IMG/VR virus record: IMGVR_UViG_3300045954_000022
Span: 1 to 50,148 of that record
From: a virus
Taxonomy: Duplodnaviria > Caudoviricetes
Direction: 5' to 3' (one strand)
Length of the DNA stretch: 50,148 bases
The notes beneath the pieces were generated by a model. It did no database searches, was not told where the DNA came from, and saw only the letters and a program-made list of their open reading frames with translations. The position numbers and the translations under genes are program-made. Below are positions 24,486-34,787 of this stretch, piece by piece. Every line of letters begins with the position of its first letter. The stretch's first letter is position 1.

Positions 24486-27400
24486 GTGTCTGATATCAAC
24501 ACTAGTGTTGACGTAATCATTACGGGTGCGGAGAAGGTTTCTGCGCTTGTCCGCAAACTTAAAGAAGCGCAGAAGGTAGCGGACGACATAAACGTCGTAC
24601 AAGGCGGGGAATCTGCGGCCGTTAGAAAGCAGAAGCAGCTTAATGAGCTTGCAGCAGGCAATAGGAGACTTATACGCGATGAGCAGGCTGCAGACAGAGA
24701 ACGTAGGCGTCAGGAGCAGCGTGAATTCCGTGCGGAGCGTGAATTAGAACAAGAACGCAGGCGTAACCATAACGCAGAAATCCGGCGTATCCGTGCGGAG
24801 GAGCGTGAGCGTAACGCACCTAGGGAGTCGTTCAGGAAGGCAAAAAGGCAGACGGGGTACGGCGTAACCTACTCTCAGTCTATCCGTGGTGTAACAAAAG
24901 GGGATGTGGCTCGGGGGCAGATGCGTAATCTGTCTGACGACTCAAAGATACGTAAGGGTCTCGGTGTAGTTGGATACGAGAATCAGCGCACAGCTAGAAA
25001 CTCTCTGAATGTGCAGAGGATGCGGGATATGATGCGCCAAGAGGACTCCCTTATGGCGCAACGTAACCGTGAGGTACTCCGTAACTTAAAGCAGTATCCG
25101 CAATTCGGAGGCATGCTTCCACCAGAAGGGTGGGCTCCTCCGTCTAAGGCTCCTCGTCGTATCACACGGACGCCTGCGGAGTACCTGCAGAGTCAGCGAA
25201 GCAGCTCGGTGATTCGCAATCTGAGGCAGTACCCCCAAGGGGGTGGCATGTTGCCTCCAGAGGGGTTCACGGACGCGCAAGCACTGCAACGGCAACGTAG
25301 TCGCGAGGTACTTCGCAACCTGAAGCAGTACCCTGACTTCGGGGGCAACCTGCCACCGCCAGGGTGGACACCGCCAGAGAAGCCTGGTAAAGGCACGGGG
25401 GCCTACTACCGCCCCGGTGAACGCGCCATGCTGCGGGTCAGGGCGGCGCGTAATCGATTCAGGCTTGGTCGTGCAGGCGCGGGGCTCAGTGGGGGGTTGC
25501 AGGGCATGGCCTTCCCTCTGATATTCGGGCAGGGTATGGGCGGCGTGGCCGGTGGTGGTCTGGGCGGCCTGCTCGGGGGGCTCGCGCTGGGACCGGGTGG
25601 ATCGTTCGCTGGTGCGGGCCTGGGTACGGCCATCGGCGCCTCGTTCGATGCTGTCAGCACCCGCATCAAGGTTCTGGCCAAGGATCTGGACGACCCAGCC
25701 AAGGCCCTGGAGGCCATAGCCGCTGCCGGGGTGAAGGTCTCCGACAGCGAGCGGGCCATGTCGGCCTACCTGGAGAGCATTGGCCGCTCAGGCGATGCCT
25801 TCGATATGGCGCGGAACAAGATGGATGCCGCGTTTGGACCTGGGTCGTTCGCGGGCCTGCGTGTGCTGCAGACGTCGCAGAATGACTTCCAGGCTGCTAT
25901 CACCAATCTTGCGGGGAATCTGGGACAGGAGCTGCTTCCCACTGTCATCTCCCTTACGGACTACTTTACAGACCTGACCAGTACCGCTGAACCGCTGATT
26001 GAAGTACTGGGGGTGTTGGGCGAGGCTTTCGGGACGGCTACAGTATTCATCGGCAACAACGCGAAGTTCCTTGTTGATCTGATTGCTGCACTAGGTGGCG
26101 ACGGGGACAAGGTAGGTAAGGCGTTTGCCGATAGGTTCAACGCTAAGGGATTCGGTGACTACCAGCGGAGTACCAAGGAGAAACTGGAGGCGGCACGGCG
26201 CAACCCCGCTGTAGAGCAACGCACCACGCCGTTCCAGGATATCGAGCAGGCCGAGAAGGCGTATGCCGAAATAACCCGGCAGCGGGATGCTACGCGTGGT
26301 ATTGAGCAGGAGAGCCTGAGTATCGCTCGGCAGCGCGAAGACATCGAGCGGTCCATCAGCGATCTGCAGAAGAAGTGGTCGAACACGCTCAAGCAGCAGG
26401 AGCTGCAACGCGCCCAACTCACCAGCGACAACCTGCGGATGGGCGACGACCTGGCGATCGAGCGCAAGATGAACGAGTTCGACCAGATGCGGCAGGGCCT
26501 GGTCAGCGACGACGCCAACGCCCTGGCCGACAACCTGGCCGGCTACCTGCGCGAGCGAGCCAACGGGGAGGCCGATCTGCGGCAGAAGGAGCGCGAATTC
26601 GCCATCGCCAAGCAGCGGATGGCGATCGAGCAGTCCCAACTGGAGGAGGACACCGCCAAGGAGGTGTTCTCGATCACGCGTCAGGCGCAGGACTACACCA
26701 AGGCGGTGGAGGACTACAAGATCAAGGTCGCCGATTACCAGTACCAGCGGGCATTGGACGCAATGAAGCTGTCTACCTCTATGGCGGCTGTTGGGGGTGG
26801 CGGTGGAGGCCGTGCTGGGTACACACCTGTTGACCTAAGAGGGTACACGTACGGCACCCAGATAAGCAAAGCAGCAGAGCTGGCCGATGTAGACCCCAGG
26901 CTTCTGCGGGGACTTGTTAGACAGGAATCCAACTTCTCCCCTACTGCACGTAGCTCAGCAGGTGCGTATGGGCTGACTCAGCTTACGCCGGGTACGGCAC
27001 GGGAGATGGGGGTAACCAACATAAACGATGTACAACAACAGCTGAATGCAGGTGCTAAGTATCTGCGTAAAATGATTGACCAGTTCGGTAGTGTTGAGGC
27101 CGGACTGCGTGCGTATAATCAAGGCCCCGGCAATCAGCAGCGTTCCCCTGGTGGTGTAAGCCAAGAAGCGCGAGAATACCCAGGTAAGGTTCTAGGCTTC
27201 GCGCAGCAGTATGGGTTCAGCAACCAAGTTGCCAGTGGGCCTGCCACAGGGTGGATAGATAAAGAGGAGTTCCGTAAGTGGTTGTATAGCCAAGGCATGG
27301 GTCGTGCACCGGGAGATTTCACCAACGCAGGCCATAAGACCCCTAATCATATGCTTAATGCCATGGACATGGGGTTCATGGACAGAAAATATGATAGCAA

Positions 27401-29015
27401 CTATGTCCAGAAGACTATGGAGATGGAAGCCAAACTCCGCGCTACCGGAGCGTTTGGCGACCAGTTGTTCGGGCCTCTAAGCGACCCTAAAGGACATGGT
27501 ACTCATCTGCACATACCAACACCTGGCGGCAGAGTCCCCTACAACAACGCTCTGGCCGCGCTTATGCAGGGAACCGGCGCAGCTATGCCTGCGGGTGGGA
27601 TGTCCCCTGCGGCGATTTCCCGGACCCCACCGACGTTCCAGACACCTGGCGGGGCGCCCGCCGTGCCCAGTTCCGCCGGCTTCCTCGCGTCCTCGCGGGC
27701 CGGCATGGAGGCTCAGATCACCCAGATGGAGGAGGCCCTGGGTCTGCTACGGCAGATCCAGGACGAGCGGGCCAAGGCGATGCTCACCAATGCGGTGAAC
27801 ATCTTCCAGGGGGATGCCAACCGCCTGAGTCAGCTGGAGTCGCAGCGTGACGTCTCCAGGGAGATCGCGGCGATCGACGGCACCCTGCCGGAGCTGCAGC
27901 AGGAGCTGATCGCCAACCAGATCCAGTACAACGCCGAGGCAGACAAGTTGGCAGCGTCTCGACGCGAAAGCTTCGGAGTTGTGGAGGAGCTGGTCAAGCT
28001 GGGCCAACTGGAACCCGAAGCCGCCGCCAAGCTGAACAAGCTGCTGGCCGACGGCTACCGCCAGCGCCAGGACATCCTGGACGTGGAGCGTCAGATCACC
28101 GAGGAAGCCGTCCTCCAGGCGCGGCAGAAGGAGCTGCAGGGCGCGGCCAACCGGATCGTCAACTTCCGCCGGGGGTATGAGGCGGGCTACGGGCCGGAGG
28201 CCGGGGCATACAACGAGGCGCTGCAGACCTACGGGCCTGGGGGCGCCAGGGTGGTGGCCGATGCCGCTCGGGTGGAACGTCGCCAGCAGGAGGCCGCCAG
28301 TGACGCGCAGGCCATCGCCGGGGCGCTCACCGGGGGGATCGTGCAGGCCATCAAGAGTGGCGACTTCCAGCAGGCCGCCAGCGATGCCCTGGCCGATGTG
28401 GGCGGGCGCCTGATCGAGCGGGCCTTCCGGCCGCTGGAGGAGTACCTGATGGGCATGCTCACCCGGCTGCTGGCCCCCGGCAACGCGCAGACGGGCGGGG
28501 CGGCCGGCGGGCTGCTCGGCCTGGTGCCAGGGCTCGGATCGTTGTTCAGCGGCGGTGGTGCTGCTGCCGGCATTGGGGCCTTCGGCAACTCAGGCATCCT
28601 GGGCCTGGGGGCCGGGGCGTTCGGATTCGCGAAGGGCGGCGACCCCCCGGTGGGCCGTGCCTCGCTGGTGGGCGAAGAAGGCCCGGAGCTGTTCGTGCCA
28701 CGCACTGCCGGCACCATCATCCCGGCCGCCGATACCTCCTCGATCATGGACCGCTACAGCCGGCGCAGCGACGGCCGCAACAGCACCCGGCCGGTGCAGC
28801 TCAGCGACGACGCGGGCAACGCCGTCACGGTCGGGGTCCGGTACGAGGTCACCAGGGTGAACGACATGCGCTTCGTGGACGAGGAGACGTTCCACCGCGA
28901 ACTCGATGCGGCGGAGCGCCGTGCCGCCAGGGCCGGGGCCGAGGGCGGCCATGCGATGGTCGGCCGCGACATGATGAACAAGCGGTCCATCCGTAGCCGC
29001 TGGGGGGTGAAGTGA
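24486..29015 (+). CDS. Tape measure protein with a lytic transglycosylase (SLT) domain
   Basis: 1509 aa helical and Gly-rich; QES...AGAYGLTQL...AYNQG; C-terminal FAKGG...VGEEGPELFVP. Confidence 0.92.
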   Translation: MSDINTSVDVIITGAEKVSALVRKLKEAQKVADDINVVQGGESAAVRKQKQLNELAAGNRRLIRDEQAADRERRRQEQREFRAERELEQERRRNHNAEIRRIRAEERERNAPRESFRKAKRQTGYGVTYSQSIRGVTKGDVARGQMRNLSDDSKIRKGLGVVGYENQRTARNSLNVQRMRDMMRQEDSLMAQRNREVLRNLKQYPQFGGMLPPEGWAPPSKAPRRITRTPAEYLQSQRSSSVIRNLRQYPQGGGMLPPEGFTDAQALQRQRSREVLRNLKQYPDFGGNLPPPGWTPPEKPGKGTGAYYRPGERAMLRVRAARNRFRLGRAGAGLSGGLQGMAFPLIFGQGMGGVAGGGLGGLLGGLALGPGGSFAGAGLGTAIGASFDAVSTRIKVLAKDLDDPAKALEAIAAAGVKVSDSERAMSAYLESIGRSGDAFDMARNKMDAAFGPGSFAGLRVLQTSQNDFQAAITNLAGNLGQELLPTVISLTDYFTDLTSTAEPLIEVLGVLGEAFGTATVFIGNNAKFLVDLIAALGGDGDKVGKAFADRFNAKGFGDYQRSTKEKLEAARRNPAVEQRTTPFQDIEQAEKAYAEITRQRDATRGIEQESLSIARQREDIERSISDLQKKWSNTLKQQELQRAQLTSDNLRMGDDLAIERKMNEFDQMRQGLVSDDANALADNLAGYLRERANGEADLRQKEREFAIAKQRMAIEQSQLEEDTAKEVFSITRQAQDYTKAVEDYKIKVADYQYQRALDAMKLSTSMAAVGGGGGGRAGYTPVDLRGYTYGTQISKAAELADVDPRLLRGLVRQESNFSPTARSSAGAYGLTQLTPGTAREMGVTNINDVQQQLNAGAKYLRKMIDQFGSVEAGLRAYNQGPGNQQRSPGGVSQEAREYPGKVLGFAQQYGFSNQVASGPATGWIDKEEFRKWLYSQGMGRAPGDFTNAGHKTPNHMLNAMDMGFMDRKYDSNYVQKTMEMEAKLRATGAFGDQLFGPLSDPKGHGTHLHIPTPGGRVPYNNALAALMQGTGAAMPAGGMSPAAISRTPPTFQTPGGAPAVPSSAGFLASSRAGMEAQITQMEEALGLLRQIQDERAKAMLTNAVNIFQGDANRLSQLESQRDVSREIAAIDGTLPELQQELIANQIQYNAEADKLAASRRESFGVVEELVKLGQLEPEAAAKLNKLLADGYRQRQDILDVERQITEEAVLQARQKELQGAANRIVNFRRGYEAGYGPEAGAYNEALQTYGPGGARVVADAARVERRQQEAASDAQAIAGALTGGIVQAIKSGDFQQAASDALADVGGRLIERAFRPLEEYLMGMLTRLLAPGNAQTGGAAGGLLGLVPGLGSLFSGGGAAAGIGAFGNSGILGLGAGAFGFAKGGDPPVGRASLVGEEGPELFVPRTAGTIIPAADTSSIMDRYSRRSDGRNSTRPVQLSDDAGNAVTVGVRYEVTRVNDMRFVDEETFHRELDAAERRAARAGAEGGHAMVGRDMMNKRSIRSRWGVK

Positions 29016-29479
29016 CCGTCACCGGCATCTGCACCTTCACCACCCTCCGCAACGCCAACGGGGACGTGGAGGGCCGCTATCAGAACTCGCCCTACCCCCG
29101 CCTGGATCTGGAGGGGGTCAGCTACGACATGCTCAACTTCCTCTACGAGGGCTCTATGCGGGATCGCCTGGGCGACAACCTGCAGGCGGAGATGGTGCTG
29201 GCCAACAACGAGATCGCCATGCAGATCGTCCAGGCGGCGGTGCGCGGGCGGTGGCTGATGGAGTTCGCCACCTGCGCCATGAACCCCGACACGTTTGCCG
29301 TGGGTCGTGTGCTCAGCCGGGAGATCTGGGTGGTGGTGGGGCCGAGCTACACCCCGGCCCAGATCACCGTGGACCTGGCCAGCGCCCTTGATGCGATCGG
29401 CGCATCGGTGCCCACCATCACGCTCACCAGCGCCAGGGTCGGTGCCCTACCGGTGTCGGGCAGCATCCGCAACATCTGA
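29012..29479 (+). CDS. Minor tail protein
   Basis: Coupled to the tape measure gene; synteny. Confidence 0.6.
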   Translation: MTVTGICTFTTLRNANGDVEGRYQNSPYPRLDLEGVSYDMLNFLYEGSMRDRLGDNLQAEMVLANNEIAMQIVQAAVRGRWLMEFATCAMNPDTFAVGRVLSREIWVVVGPSYTPAQITVDLASALDAIGASVPTITLTSARVGALPVSGSIRNI

Positions 29480-29877
29480 TGGAGCCCCTCGCTCTGATCG
29501 GCATGCCCTTTCGCCTGGGGGCCGATCCTGAGCGGCATGGGGCCACCGATTGTGTGGGCCTGGCGCGGTTCGTGCTGGCGCACCAGGGCATCCCCTCACC
29601 ACAACCCACCCGGAGTTGGTATCGGCGACTGCGGCGTGGCGATGAAGGCCTGTTCTGGGAGGTTCTCGACCTCTGGGGCCGCCCAACAGCACGGCCTACA
29701 CTGGGCGTGGTGGCGTTGTGCGGCACCGCCTCGGATCTTGGATTGGCGGTCTGGTGGATGAACGGCTGGATGCACTACGGGGAGGACCGAACGGTGCGGT
29801 GGACCCCTGCCGACTCCCTCCAACCCATCGGGCTCTACTGCCCACGGAAGTCCAGCTCTGCGATGCCGTCGGGCTGA
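29479..29877 (+). CDS. NlpC/P60-like tail tip assembly protein
   Basis: IG-x-P-F-x-x-G...TDC-x-x-L motif. Confidence 0.65.
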   Translation: MEPLALIGMPFRLGADPERHGATDCVGLARFVLAHQGIPSPQPTRSWYRRLRRGDEGLFWEVLDLWGRPTARPTLGVVALCGTASDLGLAVWWMNGWMHYGEDRTVRWTPADSLQPIGLYCPRKSSSAMPSG

Positions 29878-32800
29878 CCCCCGAGGAGTTCTTCTACTTT
29901 GAGGCCCTGCGTGAGGCGTGGACACCCACCCGGCCGCCGGAGTATGAGCTGGTGCCCGATGTGCAGGGCAATCCGGTTGCGCTGATCATCAACCTGGTGG
30001 TCGGCGTGGCCCTCTCGGCCGTGTCCGCCCTGATCGCACCCAAGCCCCGTGGAGGCGGCCAGGCCAAGGCGCCGCCGCAGCTCCGCACGGCCGACATCAA
30101 CCAGACCACCCGGTTCGCCTCGACCCAGGGGTTCTCCGGGGTGCAGGAGCTGGCCAAGCTGGGCGAGACGGTGCCGCTGGTGTTCACTCACCGCGACCAC
30201 ATTCCGGGCCTGGGCGGTGTGCGGGTGGACAGCAAGCTGGTCTGGAGCCAGATGCTCAGCCAGGGCACCGGGCAGCAGCTCCGGGTGATGGCCGTGTTCG
30301 GGGTGGCACGTATCCCCACAGACCACCGACCGGCCTACGCCGGCTTCGCAATCGGGGACAGCACCCTCAAGAACTACACCCGCGCCAAGATCGCGCTCTA
30401 CTTCCGCGAGAACGGCGGGCGCATCAGTGAATGGGGGCCTGAGCGGTATCTGGAGGGGACGCTCCAGCGGTATCCGGGGCCTGACCCCTTTGCGGTGTTC
30501 GATGACCGCACCAACGTCGATCAGCCCTGGCACTGCGGCACCCGCACCCCAGCTACCCAGACGCAGTTCGGCTGCTACTCGGCTATGCCGAACGGCAGCG
30601 TCTACAAGGTGAACTACGAACTGATTGTGGTGCCCCGCCCGCGCAAGGACGAGGAGGACGACTGGGACTGGGACGTCACTGACGACGCTGATACAAAGCA
30701 GGACAAGGTCTATCGGGGCAAGTTCTCGCACTACGCCGCCATCAAGCGGGCCGCAGGGGAGAGCGGCAACGGCAATCGTGTGACGGTGCGCCCTGGCGAC
30801 ATCGTGGAATATCAGATTCAAGGCGATACGGAGCGAGGCAGTCTGTATAAGCCGTGGGGCGTCGAGGATGTGAACGCCAGCACGATCGACCGGCGCATCT
30901 CGGCAGATGAAGCGATCAAGGTCGGCGACATCTACATGGCCGGTGAAGCCCTGGTGGTGTGTGAGAGGACCGACGATGGCCCGTGGGAGCGGGGGCGCAC
31001 GAAGACGTTCTCGTTCCGTTGCCTGGAAGAGGGCGAAGTTCGTGTGTACGACCCATCGGCACAGCACGACAAGCCGGAGAGCTATTGCTTGCAGCGTGTC
31101 GCCATCGCCACGGTGGCTAACAACCGCGAGTGCGACATCACCGAAATCGGCATCAAGTCCACTGTCTGGCGGCAGATCAACGGGTTCTCCAACGTCAACA
31201 GCCACCCCGGCGGAGATGTGGTCTATAACTACGGCCGGGAGAAGGGTTCAATCACGCTGGGGTCGGTCAACCGCTACCACAAGAGGCTGTCATTCTTTCG
31301 CCTGCAGTATCGGCCCCTTGGGCGTAATACAGATGCAGACATGTGGATCGACATCACGCCCGATGTGTTCTTCATCAAGGGGAACGCGCCAGTCCCCCAA
31401 TACAACTTCCTGCGCGTCACTCACCCGAGAGGCCAGTACGAGTTCCGCTTGAAGCCGATCTCCGGTGGGTGGGTATACCACAAGATGCTCGGCGCCAGGG
31501 CCTACATGCTCCGTGCAGGCAGCCGCCGCCGTTCGGTGGTTCGTAATGGTCTGCTCGTCTCTTTTGAGGCTGAACAAGTAACGCTCAACGGTGAGATGGT
31601 CAGCAATCGCGACTGGCTCATCGGGCGTGAAGCAGACCTGGACAACGACAACCTGCGCGAGAACGATGCGATATGCGACTACAAGGTTTACGACGCAGAA
31701 CGTACCAGCGCCCAGGAAGAGCCTGAGCATGAGATTGTACACATCAACGAGATAGTTGCAGGTTCAGCGGCTCAGTTCGATGACCTGCTTCTGTGCGGGC
31801 TGCGCATAAACAGCACGGTCGAATTCAACCAGTTTGAGCAGCTCAGCGCCTGGTTCTCGCACGGCATGATGTGCGAGCGGCTGATCCGCGACTCGCGTAC
31901 TCCCCTGGCCCCTGGGGTGTTGTGGTCCACCAACAACCTGGCGGAGATCACCTACAACATGCTGGTGAATGCCACCTGGGGTGCAGGCCGTCTGGTGGGG
32001 CCGTTGGCAGTCAGCCGCAGCCGGTTCACAGTGGCCGCCCAGTTCACCGAGGCCAACCGCTTCACCTGGGACGGGATTGTCGATGAGAAGGTAAACCTTC
32101 GCGACTGGATCTTCACGCAGGCCGGCTATAACCTGCTCGATTTCACGATTCTCGGCGGGCAGTTCAGCCTGTACCCCGCCGTCCCATTCAATTCGGACTT
32201 CACAATCGATTTCGGGTGGCGCGTCCAGGAGAAGGCGCTGTTCACCGACGGGAACATCCGCAACCTGAAGGTCACCTGGCTCAGTCCCGAGGAGCGCCAA
32301 CTGTTCCGTGGCGTGTGCCTGTGGCGGCAGGAATTCCCTGACGGATTCGCACAGATTCGGTCGCTATCTGTGCGCCTGTCCGATGCTCAGGGCGGGCGCG
32401 ATGACGACCCAGAAGAGTTGTTCGACATGAGCAACTTCTGCACCAGTCGTGAGCACCCCTTCACCTTCATTCGCTACGCCCTGCGGGTGCGGCAGTTGGT
32501 GGATCACATGGTGGAGTTCGAGACGACGCCCCACGGTTCTCTCGGGCTGGTGCCGGGTGACACCTTCCGGTTGATCTCCTCGGTGGTCCATACCAGCCGG
32601 CTCAACAACGGTTCGATCGACAGCAGCGGCACGATCACCAGCACCACCGATTTCGCGGATGGCACCTACCAGATCCTGTTCTGGGTCAGGGGCACCGTCG
32701 GTGTGCAGGAGGGGGACATGACTGTGCGCGGCGGTGTTGCGCTGGAGGAACAACTACGCGGAACCGTCTTCGCCCTTCGCCAGACATCCGCTACGAGCCG

Positions 32801-32939
32801 CTTCTACAAGGTGGAACGTCAGGACCGCACCAGGGAAGGGTTCGTCCGCATCCTGGCCACCGTGCTGCCGGTGGATTCTGAAGGCCGCCTCGCTACTCTG
32901 CAGTGGCCGGATGATGCGTTCGTGGTGGAGGCCAACTGA
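29718..32939 (+). CDS. Tail tip attachment/central tail protein (gpI/gpJ-like)
   Basis: More than 1000 aa; hydrophobic LVVGVALSAVSALIAPKP; LFTDGNI; true start probably GTG near 29799. Confidence 0.75.
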   Translation: MRHRLGSWIGGLVDERLDALRGGPNGAVDPCRLPPTHRALLPTEVQLCDAVGLTPEEFFYFEALREAWTPTRPPEYELVPDVQGNPVALIINLVVGVALSAVSALIAPKPRGGGQAKAPPQLRTADINQTTRFASTQGFSGVQELAKLGETVPLVFTHRDHIPGLGGVRVDSKLVWSQMLSQGTGQQLRVMAVFGVARIPTDHRPAYAGFAIGDSTLKNYTRAKIALYFRENGGRISEWGPERYLEGTLQRYPGPDPFAVFDDRTNVDQPWHCGTRTPATQTQFGCYSAMPNGSVYKVNYELIVVPRPRKDEEDDWDWDVTDDADTKQDKVYRGKFSHYAAIKRAAGESGNGNRVTVRPGDIVEYQIQGDTERGSLYKPWGVEDVNASTIDRRISADEAIKVGDIYMAGEALVVCERTDDGPWERGRTKTFSFRCLEEGEVRVYDPSAQHDKPESYCLQRVAIATVANNRECDITEIGIKSTVWRQINGFSNVNSHPGGDVVYNYGREKGSITLGSVNRYHKRLSFFRLQYRPLGRNTDADMWIDITPDVFFIKGNAPVPQYNFLRVTHPRGQYEFRLKPISGGWVYHKMLGARAYMLRAGSRRRSVVRNGLLVSFEAEQVTLNGEMVSNRDWLIGREADLDNDNLRENDAICDYKVYDAERTSAQEEPEHEIVHINEIVAGSAAQFDDLLLCGLRINSTVEFNQFEQLSAWFSHGMMCERLIRDSRTPLAPGVLWSTNNLAEITYNMLVNATWGAGRLVGPLAVSRSRFTVAAQFTEANRFTWDGIVDEKVNLRDWIFTQAGYNLLDFTILGGQFSLYPAVPFNSDFTIDFGWRVQEKALFTDGNIRNLKVTWLSPEERQLFRGVCLWRQEFPDGFAQIRSLSVRLSDAQGGRDDDPEELFDMSNFCTSREHPFTFIRYALRVRQLVDHMVEFETTPHGSLGLVPGDTFRLISSVVHTSRLNNGSIDSSGTITSTTDFADGTYQILFWVRGTVGVQEGDMTVRGGVALEEQLRGTVFALRQTSATSRFYKVERQDRTREGFVRILATVLPVDSEGRLATLQWPDDAFVVEAN

Positions 32940-33352
32940 TGCCTGAGGCAGTCCCCTTCCCGCCCATCGTCCCCAGCAGCCGGCGGTACATCGCGGGGCA
33001 GTACCCCGAATCGGAATTCCGAGCCCTCAACGGGGTCGTCACCCATCTGCGCTACGGCAACCGGCTCACCGACACCAAGATCGAGGCCACCTTCCAGAAC
33101 ATCCCCGACAGCAGGGCGGCCGAGGTGCTGGCCCTCCACCGGGACACGCTGAAGCGGGGTGATTGGCTCCGGTTCACCCGCTCCGACATGACCGGCGGGG
33201 CCAGCGAGGAACTGCAGGCGTGGCTGCGCGACACCGACGGCAGCGGGCTCCGGTGGCGGTTCGATCGAGGGAACCCGCCTTCCGTAGAGTCGGTGATACC
33301 TGGGCGGTCCACGCTCACCTGCCAATTCGTTGGGGAGCTTGACCCGGTATGA
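32939..33352 (+). CDS. Minor tail protein (distal tail-like)
   Basis: FP-x-x-x-PSSR...G-x-YP and WRF-x-x-x-x-PP motifs; synteny. Confidence 0.6.
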   Translation: MPEAVPFPPIVPSSRRYIAGQYPESEFRALNGVVTHLRYGNRLTDTKIEATFQNIPDSRAAEVLALHRDTLKRGDWLRFTRSDMTGGASEELQAWLRDTDGSGLRWRFDRGNPPSVESVIPGRSTLTCQFVGELDPV

Positions 33353-33753
33353 CGGAGCAGAAGTTCTATAGCGGCAAGGACGGCTGGGTACGCGAGAACG
33401 GCCAGCCGGTGGCACGTGTGCGGGAGTGGCGGTTCAGCTCAAGCGTGGCGGCCCTGCCGATCACCAGCCTGGCGGACTTCGCCGAGGACTACACCGCTGG
33501 CATCAGCTCAGCAGCGGGCAGCATGGTGATCTGGTACTACGCAGATGCCCCCTCATCGATTATCAAGCGAGTGGTACGTACCACGCAAGTTGACGACACC
33601 GCTCGGGTGGCCCTGGAGCTGGGCTGGGGGCCCAACCGGATCCTGGGCACAGCCTTGTTTACGGAGGTGCGCCTCGGCCCCAGCGTGGGTGAGGTGATGT
33701 CGGCCGACTGCCAGTTCGTCTTCTGTGGTCCGCTGAGGGAACTCACGTTGTGA
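33349..33753 (+). CDS. Tail tube-like minor tail protein
   Basis: YSGKDG and VREW-x-F motifs resemble the major tail protein start. Confidence 0.6.
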   Translation: MTEQKFYSGKDGWVRENGQPVARVREWRFSSSVAALPITSLADFAEDYTAGISSAAGSMVIWYYADAPSSIIKRVVRTTQVDDTARVALELGWGPNRILGTALFTEVRLGPSVGEVMSADCQFVFCGPLRELTL

Positions 33754-34787
33754 CGGTCTACTTCGGCGATTCAGGGCATATCGAGCTGAAGCGGGCCTCG
33801 ATCGACACTGTGTTCGCCAGTGTGGTAGACCCCTCTGATGTGAATTCCAGTAGGGCACGGTTCAGCTTCGATTTTCCATCGGAGATGCTGCTGACCGGCG
33901 ACATGCTGGAGATCCGCGCCGATCCCGGCTACAAGCTGGATTTCATCCCGCCTGATGCGTGGATCAGCGGCGAGGTGGAGCCTGACGGCATCTGGTATGT
34001 CAATGTCGATCAGGTCGGTGGCATCCGGCTCTACGACCGGTTCGATGACGCGGTGAACGGTGAGTACGCCGGCCGGGTGGCTCTGGTGGATATCACCGAG
34101 TCCATCCCGATCCAGGTGAAGGTGCGGGACGCTATCCCCCGTTGCGTCGGGCAGATCACCGGCTACGAGATCAGCACCGATCGGGACGCGGTGGATGTGT
34201 CGAGCCTGTCCGATGAGTTCCGCGAGAACTTCAGCGGGATGATCAGCGGCTCTGGCGAGATGCAGGCCAACTTCGACTACCGGCTGGGCATGTGCGACCC
34301 GGCCTATGAGGAGGACATCGACGGCTGGGAGCCCGAAGTGCCCCTATACATGCACCAGCTCCTGATGCGGCAGCAACTGGGCAGCGGCTTTGAGGCCCGG
34401 TTCATGGTGTTGCACCGGGGGCGCGGCTACGACGAGAACGACGAGGTGTGGCTGGAGGCCAAGGGCATCCTCACCAACGCGGCCATCCGGGTAGGCCCCA
34501 CCGAGATCATCCAGTCCTCCTTCCGCTTCGTGCTGACCGGGCCGGCGGCGTGGCGCGTCCGCTCCACCACCCAGTACCTGCTGCAGGAGAGCCGTGATCT
34601 ACTTGCCCTGGAACGTCGCCAGGGTCGCGGCTATCTGGAGCAGGAGCACGACGCTCCACCGCATGAGCCCCCAGGCCAAATGGAGCTGCTCGATCTGGTC
34701 ACCGAGACTGGGGCCTCGCTCGTCACCCACGACGGGGCCATCGTGCAGGCGCGGACCATAATGGGCGGAACCAGGAGCGCCGCCTGA
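33750..34787 (+). CDS. Minor tail/baseplate protein with tube-like domain
   Basis: YEISTDRDAVDVSSLSD...ISGSG motif. Confidence 0.6.
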   Translation: MTVYFGDSGHIELKRASIDTVFASVVDPSDVNSSRARFSFDFPSEMLLTGDMLEIRADPGYKLDFIPPDAWISGEVEPDGIWYVNVDQVGGIRLYDRFDDAVNGEYAGRVALVDITESIPIQVKVRDAIPRCVGQITGYEISTDRDAVDVSSLSDEFRENFSGMISGSGEMQANFDYRLGMCDPAYEEDIDGWEPEVPLYMHQLLMRQQLGSGFEARFMVLHRGRGYDENDEVWLEAKGILTNAAIRVGPTEIIQSSFRFVLTGPAAWRVRSTTQYLLQESRDLLALERRQGRGYLEQEHDAPPHEPPGQMELLDLVTETGASLVTHDGAIVQARTIMGGTRSAA

